Under the pieces are notes generated by a model that had not been told where the DNA came from, searched no databases, and saw only the letters and a list, made by a program, of their open reading frames with translations. Position numbers and translations under genes: made by a program. Positions 41,601 through 51,735 of a DNA stretch of 64,000 nt are shown here, one piece after another. Numbering within the stretch: the stretch's first letter is position 1; the number at the start of each line of letters is the position of its first letter. Source of the DNA: Rhizophagus irregularis (lineage: Eukaryota); contig NC_089430.1 in the NCBI RefSeq assembly GCF_026210795.1, positions 3,410,001-3,474,000 of the forward strand, in the 5' to 3' direction.

Positions 41601-43387
41601 TTTTCGTAATAAGGAACGAGTAGTTCCCGCGTCTATAAAAAATAATGTAATATATCAAGGTGGACATGGAAGATTCTTATCAAGAAATTATTAGATTATA
41701 TAATATGCAAGGTAAGATGTTTGAAATAATTTTTTAAAAATTATTATTGTTATTTATTATATTAATCTTACTTTTGCTCATTAGGTAATAAAATATTTTA
41801 TCCACTTAAACGGTCATCTCAGGAGATTAAAGATCTATTTCGGCCAGCAGAATTAAGTGAAAGAACAAAATCAAATTTAGGCGCACCTCCTAAATTATCT
41901 GCTAAACCTCGATCGTCCCATAGAATAAATTTACCAAACCAATCACAATCTGGTAATACGTTTTCTATACAACAAAGGAAAACAAAACAAATTCGAAATC
42001 TTAAACGAAAACGAGAAGATAATTTATCTTCAATTAGTACTGGTAAAGATATATATTTAACGTAATAACATTAATATCTGTATTATTAATTTCTTTACCT
42101 ATATTTATTTAATAGATAGAAGAAGTACATCTTCATTTGCATCATCATCATCGTTTATAATGCCAAGCCCACCCCGCAATGTATTTCAATATCTTCCAGA
42201 ACTGCCATCTAATGATGATTTAAACTTGGATTTAGAATTTGATTTAGTACCTAATTCTCACAATTTATGCCCCTATTGTGATAATATCCTACCAGATATT
42301 TTACCAGAAAAGATAAAAGACCAGTTACAAAATCTACAAAACAAGTCAATCACAGAAGAAGAACGTTGGTCTTTTTGTATAATGCATCATGGTGAATTGA
42401 ATATTGTTCCACATGGATTATCAAAAGGATATCCCTGAATATATCGATTTTAATGTACTTCCATCACGCATAATCAAATTTGAAAAAGATCTCATTGAAA
42501 TTATTAACGGAAATATTTCAAGTTACTATTGGGATATTGCATCTTCAATATATAAAGAAGTCGGATATAATAAAGCCAAGGCGCCAATGATGCTCATGAA
42601 TCGATTTGAAGTTTTTCAGGTTGGTAATTATCTGTTTGAATATAAATTTTGTTTATATTTTATTAATTAGCTTTACTAATTTACAGCCAGGTTATTATGG
42701 GTTTAATGGGTTATATACTATTGTTAATACTTTAATAGAATTGTTTGTTAACTCTAATAATCTCACAAAAGACAAAACGTACCCATTAGACCCTATGGAT
42801 TTTATTTACGAAGTTCTAGTACCAGAAGTAACATTACGTCTGATTCAAGAGGACCGTAATAATAGTATAACACTTGAAGATGCGAAAGAAATTTTAAATG
42901 ATAGTATTGAATTTGGAGTTTATATGCATAGCAATGAAATAGATGATTGATTAATACTATTGTCTTTTAGTTGTAATAAAGACAAATTTTGAGAAAATAA
43001 GGATTAAATTTATGACATATGAATGTTGGCAATTCTTTGTTTTAAATGGCTTAATAAAAATATACAAGAAACAGTAAATAGTAAGGAAACAAAAATAACG
43101 ATTAATAAGTTTAGTAATTTGAAATTATTTAGTGAATAAAGTCTCCGATATGCAAACGCAAGATACAGTATGTCGAATCTATGCATGTGACCTGTGACCA
43201 TGTGATACTATCGAATAATCAAAAATGATACATTTTTTTTCAATAATCAAAAACGATAGAATTTTTTTTTCAATAATCAAAAATGATACATTTATTTTTT
43301 CAATAATCAAAAACGATACAACAGTTTGTACAACTAACTTCTATAATCAAAAAGCATCACCTCCTTAATCAAAAACGATATATTTGC
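38689..43387 (+). mobile_element. Mutator-like (MULE) transposon with ~186-bp TIRs and 9-bp TSD
   Basis: TIRs 38689-38874 and 43202-43387 are essentially perfect and built of TTTTTGATTATTGAAAAA repeats. TSD AATAAAGTG at 38680-88 and 43388-96. Confidence 0.9.
39148..42950 (+). CDS. Divergent MULE-type transposase with SWIM-like finger and C-terminal RTC4-like domain (spliced, several frameshifts)
   Basis: Motifs IGIDGKYDLN, ILIDKH, ILCWFH, TTNNFTERIN and CTC...KCRRCH, followed by CPYC...FCIMH, PGYYGFNG and EVLVPEVTLRLIQED...SIEFG. The gene lies between the MULE TIRs. Confidence 0.7.
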
Positions 43388-44527
43388 AATAAAGTGTTTT
43401 GAACATTCAACTGGTGTGACTATATAGTAGAATGTGACTATAACGGGAGTGACTATAGAGGGAGTTGACTGTACTTTCATTAAAGCACCAACGTGTTGTT
43501 GAGTCTTATCTATTGCATTATTTGTAACTTTGATTAGTTCCGCCTTTGCAATTTCACGATTTGTTGCATCAGTATGATCTTTTGTTGAAGCATGTTCTCC
43601 TAGAGCAGAAGATTTAAAATTCTTTGAACCTAATAAAGTAAAGATTTAATTAATACAGTATAATAATTTAAATAAATTATTTTATTATTTTTAAATAAAA
43701 ATCATTACCTCCTTTTCCAAATTTATTTTGCTTATTATGGGTTTTGCATAGCGAACAAAACATAAGGTTTTTTGATGTGTCATAAATTAACCACCTATAA
43801 ATTTCTAACCATTCTTTTTGAAAAGTTGCAGTTTTTTTCTTCAATAAAAGATGCGCTTTTTTCTTTTTAAAATTTAAATTTTTTTGTAATATATGTTTAT
43901 TATTTGGTAATTCTTCAAGTTCTGAATCAGTGTCACTAGATTCAGAATGAATAATATCTGTGTCTTCGCTAGGAACTTTTGTTTTGAAATATTGTTTAAT
44001 AGTAGACATTTTATGACGCGTAATATGAAAATTTTGATTATCAAATGATGATCTATAAAAATATAAAATATATGCCACCAATATACAAAAAATTTTGCCG
44101 GATAAAAATCTGTTGATCTTAAAAATATTCTGGAAAAAAATCCATTCTATAAAATTTTTATCGGATTTTCTTTAAAAATTCTGGTTTTTGCCAGAATTTA
44201 CAATACTATTTTTAGCTCTGACCTAAGGTAAGGTTTACATATAAAACTCTTTGAAAATCCTATTATAAAAGGAAATTTTATGTTATATTGTTATGATTTT
44301 TTTCCTTTTTAATCAATTAACCAATAGAATTTAAGCAAATTCTAAAGTAAGATTTCATATGAAAGTAAATTTTTACCAGTAACATATCTTAGTAGTAGGC
44401 AGGGTCCTACTTTATAGCTAAAACATTACCCCAAGTCTTGAGATAATTAAGTATTTTAAATTGAGACTATTTAGAAAAGATATCATATACGACTATTTTT
44501 TGAATATTATTCTTGAATGCAGACTTA

Positions 44528-45715
44528 CAGTGGACATCAAAAAAAACGCACCAAACTTTTTTAAAATTATTAATTGTTCTTATTAAATCAATTTAAATTC
44601 AATTAAAATAAAATTTAAAACTTAAATAATATATGGTTTGGCCTACTAAAAAACATAAAATTTAATATTAATTTACTAATTAGTTTTTTAATTACATAAC
44701 ATTAAATCAAAACAACTTGGTGCATTCTTTTTGCCACTTTAAAATTTTTAAAAAAATCAAAATTTTCACAAAATTATATTATGCTTTTATAATAAAAAAA
44801 TGTAAAATTAATTATTAAATAGCTTAAATTATTAATTAAAATTAAAAAAAGTCAATACTTTTTAGTAATAAATTGATTAATTTATTTAATGAATATAATT
44901 AAAAATTACTATAAAACATATAGATTTTACAGTTTTTATTATAACAGTTTTTCTTAAACTACATTAAATCAAAAAATTTTATAGTAAAATAATACCCAAA
45001 ATTAAATTCTCCTAATTAAGGGGAATTTGCGAAAAAAAAAATGGAGTGCAACGGACCTTTAGATAGTGAGATATTACTTGTTAAAGTATGGCAATGATCT
45101 TCATTTTACATATAGTGTAAATCATTTCTATATGTAAAATGAAGATCATTGCCATACTTTAACAAGTAATATCTCACTATCTAAAGGTCCGTTGCACTCC
45201 ATTTTTTTTTTCGCAAATTCCCCTTAATTAGGAGAATTTAATTTTGGGTATTATTTTACTATAAAATTTTTTGATTTAATGTAGTTTAAGAAAAACTGTT
45301 ATAATAAAAACTGTAAAATCTATATGTTTTATAGTAATTTTTAATTATATTCATTAAATAAATTAATCAATTTATTACTAAAAAGTATTGACTTTTTTTA
45401 ATTTTAATTAATAATTTAAGCTATTTAATAATTAATTTTACATTTTTTTATTATAAAAGCATAATATAATTTTGTGAAAATTTTGATTTTTTTAAAAATT
45501 TTAAAGTGGCAAAAAGAATGCACCAAGTTGTTTTGATTTAATGTTATGTAATTAAAAAACTAATTAGTAAATTAATATTAAATTTTATGTTTTTTAGTAG
45601 GCCAAACCATATATTATTTAAGTTTTAAATTTTATTTTAATTGAATTTAAATTGATTTAATAAGAACAATTAATAATTTTAAAAAAGTTTGGTGCGTTTT
45701 TTTTGATGTCCACTG
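44528..45715. mobile_element. Tc1/mariner-type foldback element: 588-bp inverted arms with 12-nt spacer
   Basis: CAGTGGACATC...GATGTCCACTG with TA TSD. Arms are 44528-45115 and 45128-45715. Confidence 0.85.
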
Positions 45716-46733
45716 TATATCCAATCATAATAGTCAAATCATCTTTTTAGAAACGTGTTGTTAAAATTTCTTTTTTTATTATCAGACTTTCTAGACTTCT
45801 TTTTTTTGCTTTTTGGATCTTTTTGAGCAGAAGTTTTATTTTATCGTTTACATCCAATTGGAGTAGTTGAAAATGGTCAACCATCATCATCAGGTTTTCA
45901 TTTCACAATATCAGCAAAAGTTACCATGCAGTTTTTTCATTTTGGAATAAATGGCACGACTTTAGTGTTCAGAGTTTTTATTTGTGTTTCAACATTCACG
46001 TCCTGTGATTGGTACGTGGTATCTTTAAAAATTTCTATATCTAAAGTTGGTGAACACAGATATATAACCTCCTGATTGGTAGATTTTGTTGACATGTTGA
46101 AGTCAGGTGATTTTTTTTTAAGATTCTGAGTTTCTCACTTAAAGTACATCTAAGTGTATTGTAAAACTCCAAGAAAGCCAGTATTAAATACATAAAACTT
46201 TTCACATTAAAGGCTTCAGTTTTCATGCATTTTCAAACTAAAGTTTTGTAGAGATTTTTTAATAAATAGTCTATTATTTCAGATTTAAAATGGTCTTATA
46301 AACTTTAGCTAATACCTGTAATACTAGTCTTAATAAAATGTTTAAAAACTACTTTAAATAAACTGATAAACTCTTTTTCTATAACATTGCAAAGTACTTT
46401 TTGTGTTTTTTTCAAGTATATTTAAGTGTTGTTGGTGTCGTTTTTAGCCATAATTTATAAAAATAAAAAATTTTTTTCTTCATAAAAAATGGTTTATATG
46501 ATTAGCAGTCAGAATTCTCTCATTATATGTCCAGTTTGAATTTAATTAATATAATATATTGATTTACTTAAGTAAATTTTATTTTCTTAAATAATTGTAA
46601 TATAATTTGATATTTCAGATGGTATAAAATCCATATAGAATAATACTTTATTAGATTGAAGTAGAATCAGAATCCCACTTACTTATAAAATAGGTTATCA
46701 GAAACCTAAAGTAAAATTTATAATTAAGAATTT

Positions 46734-47664
46734 CATATGGGTTGATTTGTCTACTCTGCATTAAAAAGAATTATTGAATTGATTTGCACAATTTTCGTTA
46801 CTCAAAATTGTTTTGTAATACCAAAAAATCATCTGATTGATGATCACTTGACTAAATAATAAGTTGAACAAAAATTTACATTTGCAAAACTTAAATTATT
46901 AAATGTAAAGAGGTGTGAAAAAACATATTTCACTAATAAAAAACCTATTTCTCATATATATGGAATTTTTAACATATATTATTAAAAAGTAAGTATATTT
47001 TAATAAAATATAAAGTAAAATAAAAATTTATATAGTCTTAGTAGCTATAAATGTTTATAAAAGTATAATAAAAATATCATATAAAAGATGGTATCATAAT
47101 AGATATTTTCAAACAATAAAAATAATTATTTTATATTAGAATTTGTATTACCATCTTTAGACGCAAATATATCAAGATTCACTGATCTGTTTTCTATAAT
47201 TTTAGGCTCGTTGGAAAGCCCTTGTACTGGACTTTATAGGCGAAAAAAGAGCTCGCCAATTGAATAATTAGATCCAGAGATATTTACGTTTAAAGTTGAG
47301 GTATAAACTTTTTAACATGCTTAAACACAAATATCTTGGGATTTACTGATCCGTTTTTTATAAATTTAGGCTCTTCGGAAAGCCTTGATCTGGTCTATAT
47401 GGGCGAAAAAAGAGCTTGCCGATTGGATCATTAGATCTGGAGATATTTACGTTTAAAGTTGAGATACAAATTTTTAATATATATAGTAAATGCTAAGAAT
47501 TATATTAATTTAAAAGAAATATTTACCAACTTATAGTATAATAACATTAAATAAAAGTTTTTTAATACTCACCCCCAATTTACTGTATATTATATAGTAT
47601 TTTGTATAATAAAAATGTAATAAAATCAATATTTTAATTAAAGGTAGACAAATCAGCCTATATG
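46734..47664. mobile_element. MITE with 21-bp imperfect TIRs
   Basis: CATATGGGTTGATTTGTCTAC / GTAGACAAATCAGCCTATATG, flanked by TTT on both sides. Contains a ~165-bp direct repeat at 47165-47470. Confidence 0.55.
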
Positions 47665-47788
47665 TTTAAAGATCTTACTATATATAGATAAATTATACCT
47701 AAAAAAGGAAATATTATATTAAGTTATTATTATAATTTTTTTTCCTTTTTAAATTAATTAACCAATAGAATTACTGGTAAAATTACTA

Positions 47789-48510
47789 CAGTGCGGTACT
47801 CATAATAGCCTCTTATATCTTGTGATCTAATTGGTCAGAATTTTATAAAATTTTAAAATTAGATAGCTTTTAAAAAGATAAATACATTAAGCAAATAAAA
47901 AAATTTTCTCAATTTTTTTGCTGACATAATACAAAATCACATGACTTAAAATAAATTTGATTGGTTAATGCAATACTTAATGTTAAATAGAATTATGCAT
48001 AATTTTTTATATATAATTTATAATTATTTAAAGTAATTTGATTAAGTATATTATCAGGATCTTTTCTATGGGATTTATATTTTTTTAGCAAGTTTTCCTG
48101 TAATTCCTTTTTGAGAAATAGGCATAATATAATTTGTAATAAATAAAAACTACCAAAATTTTTTTTGATTTTTTTTCAAAATTTTTTTAACAGAGTATGG
48201 GTAAGTTTATAAGCTAAAATGATTTGTTTGAATAAGCATTATCAAATGATTATTTTTTTTTTATGTTACACAAAAATCACTTATTCTCAAATTTTTCCCA
48301 TCATAATAAATTACCTGAACTTCAAACTTATGTAACACTAGCAAAATTTATTATTTTTTAATCTAACCTGATAAGTTTAAAAGCTCTTGATATGCTTTAT
48401 TAAAATTATCAGTTAGAATTTTAAAATATTATTTTTTGCTAATGTGACATTTTTTTGAAAATGTCACATTATAACTATAAAATTGGGTTGGTTATAGAAG
48501 TACCGCACTG
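47789..48510. mobile_element. Tc1/mariner-type MITE
   Basis: TIRs CAGTGCGGTACT / AGTACCGCACTG; TA TSD. Confidence 0.75.
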
Positions 48511-49149
48511 TAGTAAATTTGAAATTTTTTTCAAAGACTTCTATTAGAAGTAAGCAGATTTTTGTAGAATCTGATATTAATATCTTTTGGTTAATAATAT
48601 ATATGTAGACTTTCATTATTTTTATAAAAAAAATAATCAACTATCTGCAAAATTGCAAAATTTTACAAAAAAATAAAAAAAAATGGAAATCTGCTAATTT
48701 ACAGATCTACAAATTTACACTTTAAAAACTTTTCCAATAATAAATTTTTTAAAAATTTGGCTAAGTTAACAATAATGAATCAATAGTAATTACTATATAT
48801 TAAATTGATTTATTTACTTTTTATATATTTTTAGAATATATATTTTATATTTTTAAATATTAATAAATTTATTATATATAAAATATTTTATAATAATTGT
48901 AACACTATTTATACAAATTATATTACCTAATTTTGACATATGTAAAATTTATATAATCATGATTAGAAAGATTATTATTAAAAGTAATGAAAAAGAAAAA
49001 GTTTTTTTTTAATTATAAGAAAATGATATACTTATTCCAATTCTATAAAACTATTTCAAATTTGCAATCAGTTTTCTTATGATAGTTATAATAAGATAGC
49101 ATTACCTAATAATTTTTTTTTTTTTTAATACTTTTTAGGAGTACTATCT

Positions 49150-50210
49150 AAATGCTAAGGTGAACCAGATAATGAATCCCCTAACCACCTTATAGCAATC
49201 AACTAGGGGCACGTCAGGACACGATATAAAGCATTAAACTCTACTCTTATAAGCAAAGGTGGAGTAACCATTCCCCTATACTTCCATATTACCATACTAG
49301 GTTAGATGTATTTTAGTCATTTTAACTAGACATTTCAGTATAGTACATTAAGTATAGTAAGAGTCCAAACTCCATTTTTTATAGTTCAGAGACAATCAGC
49401 CTGCACAGGTAGATATAATGGAGCTAACATCTAGAAGGCTTTTCATAGTAGTTTTAACTGGTATAGTCTTATTTAAAGCCCACTATAGGTTGTGATTATC
49501 ATTCCAGTCAACCATAGTTTTTAATCCCCAATAGTATAGTAGTGACTATCAGAACAGTAAGCTCTAAGGGTATAGGATCCTCCCTATATTATAAATGACT
49601 TACCTCAGCCTAAGGTTGCCTGCCTAAACCTCTTCAAAATTCTACGATTAGTTTCTCTAAAATTTTACTATAGTTTTATTATAGTTTTGGCAAGATTTTG
49701 GCAGTTTCAGCATTTATAATAAGTTTCATCAGTTTCACTTTTCTCTAGAGTTTCGCCAACTTTTTAATAAAACTTTTATATAATTTCAGCAAAGTTTCAC
49801 CATTTCGACATTTTGCTAACTTGCCAAAACCCTCTAGTTTCTTCAGCAACCTTATCTCAGCCACCTAGGGTTTACTAGCCAATACATCAAATATGCTGAA
49901 GAATCGAACTTCACCTCAGAACCTTATATATCTGTAAACCAATAAACATCAAAAGTTTAAACCTATTAGAAGGTAAACTACCGCAAAGATATTGCACATA
50001 GGACTTTACCATCTATGAACCCTATCTAATATGCAAAATTCACAATAAAGTTTAACACATCCTTAGTAGTATTGTAAAGTAACTACCAAAACAAGAATCT
50101 ACCTAAATAATATGCAAGCAGTGACTATCTAGACAGGACAATTGACTTACTATTGCTTCATTTTTAGAACAGAGAACACCATAACTTTCTGTTAAAATGT
50201 GCAGTATACC
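49150..50210 (-). mobile_element. Decayed relative of the 1-kb SINE-like unit
   Basis: Three blocks match the reverse complement of unit motifs: GAACACCATAACTTTCTGTTAAAATGTGC (~50174), AGTGACTATCTAGACAGGAC (~50119) and CTTCCATATTACCAT (~49281). Confidence 0.5.
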
Positions 50211-50390
50211 CTATGAAAAGGTTTTATACTTAAAATATACTTAAAATTTTATTAAAATATACTTAAAATAAGTATCAATTTTAATTTGTGATATACTTAT
50301 AATATACCTAAAATATGTCTAAAATAGTCTTAAAATATACTTTTAATATACTTGTTTTTTGCCCAAGTACTTAAATTATACTTAAAGTAT

Positions 50391-50450
50391 AGTAGATAGA
50401 TCAAGTAGGCATCACTATAATTATAGTGATGCCTACTTGATCTATCTACT
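50391..50450. repeat. Perfect 60-bp palindrome at the left edge of the virus/plasmid-like element
   Basis: AGTAGATAGATCAAGTAGGCATCACTATAA|TTATAGTGATGCCTACTTGATCTATCTACT; the half-site TTATAGTGATGCCTACTT is repeated at 50455-50472. Confidence 0.95.
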
Positions 50451-51080
50451 TACATTATAGTGATGCCTACTTATAGATATTAATACCTACTTACTTATTT
50501 TTACGTGTCTATGCCCCTTCTGATGCTTTATTGCTACCCATCTGTTTTCACTGGTCTGTGACTGTTTGGTTGCTAAACAGGGCGGAGGTTTGTTTTTCCA
50601 TTTTGAAGCCTTTTAACAATTGTATAGGAGTAAAGTTGGGTTTTCCACTCTATGACCCTTTTGATTACCATATTTGAGGTCGAGGGTGTGGTCCATTCGC
50701 TGGCCTTTTAAGTTGCTGAAATGGTGTAAAAAAATCATCGGGTGGCGCAGTTAATTTGCGGATCAGATTTTGGCCGGCACTATGGCATAATTTCTGGCCG
50801 ATCTTTAGGGCGGAATATCTTGGCTTCCTGTGATTAGCTTCGTGCGGTTTTGTGGTCATTTGAAAGAGGACGTTGAGAGCTTTCCAATGATGCTAAGATC
50901 GCATGAATTGGATGCCTGGATGCCGAGTTATTACGTCTCAAAGTTTTTGAAAAAAATATGGATTATAGTGCTAAGCAAAATTAAGCGAATCTATACTGCG
51001 CCTTACTGTGCCAGTCACGTGATACTGTTCTGGTGCCGGAACACCCTCACATAGTTGCTTCCCTCTCAATTGCCATTTCT

Positions 51081-51350
51081 TGATTGCCGGATGAGGCACA
51101 AAATGCCGAATTTGCAATCCATCTATTTGCCGAAGATATTTTACAATCCATTCCCTCACTTTTTGATTCAGCGGATGAGCACGAAGTGCCGAATTGGTGA
51201 CCTAGATGTGCAATCCTGCCTTCCATAACCCTTTTGATTGCCAAGGATGAGGCACGAAGTGCCGAATTTGTGCCCATTCTTGCAATCCCGCCCTTTATAT
51301 GCCCTTTCTGATTGCTGTGTGAGGCTCATGCGAAGTGTCGAATTGGTTCA
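51081..51350 (+). repeat. Four ~75-bp direct repeats, each with a GGCAC-GAA-GTGCC-type hairpin
   Basis: Consensus GATTGC..GGATGAGGCACGAAGTGCCGAATT..TGCAATCC at ~51081, 51164, 51235 and (degenerate) 51309. Confidence 0.8.
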
Positions 51351-51735
51351 GGCTATATCGCTTTCATATCTTTTTTCGTGTATTCTCCTGAACCTTTCTG
51401 CCTTTCCAGTCTCTTTCCTGCCTATCGGTGGTAGGCCACTCAAGTGAAATTTCTCTTTTCTTTCCTATATATAATTCTGCTTGAGTGGGTTACCATAAAC
51501 TTGCTTGTTTTCGCCTTCTAGCTCTTGTTCCTGTATAGTTTCTACTCTGGGATACTTTGGAGTACTACTACATCGATTACTTTTAGGCATTATTATATTG
51601 ATTACTTTTGGTACTACTACTGATCCAGTATTTTGCCCGCGCTAGTAAGCATATTCGCTCAAAATTATATAGAATTTTTATTTTGAACTTTGCTAGTTTC
51701 TCTGTTATTTTATACTGCTTTCTTGCATATACACC

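Larger units (their letters stand above)
25939..43471. mobile_element. Tc1/mariner(pogo)-type MITE, copy 2, carrying nested retro-array and MULE
   Basis: Same TIRs and TA TSD as 5965-7339. Segments 25939-26620, 38487-38688 and 43388-43471 are colinear with copy 1. Confidence 0.9.
24070..44220 (-). mobile_element. hAT transposon with ZNF862-like transposase pseudogene, split by a 17.5-kb nested insertion
   Basis: N-terminal Zn finger (FQKEWL...WL...MFCSLC) at 43.7-44.0 kb. The frame ...ALMKV|VFWLAENDIPL rejoins across the TA site 43472/25938. Also MIDESTDIS, FALDGASVMLG, HCIAHRLAL, IRWLS and the hAT dimerization motif SSVDCERGFS at ~24.4 kb. Short TIR-like ends TAGGCTAAAAATAG / CTATTTTTAGCTCTG. 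Confidence 0.8.
24029..44408. mobile_element. Decayed AGGACCC-family MITE forming the outer shell of the nest
   Basis: Left end AAGACCGACTACTATTAAGATA versus reverse complement of the right end AGGACCCTGCCTACTACTAAGATA. Flanks are ACTTCATA (24021-28) and ACTTTATA (44409-16), an 8-bp TSD with one C>T change. Confidence 0.55.

Noticed and set aside
50665..51447. Short overlapping ORFs upstream of the primase-helicase
   Set aside because: They overlap repeats and hairpins on both strands and have no motifs; more likely a non-coding cis region.
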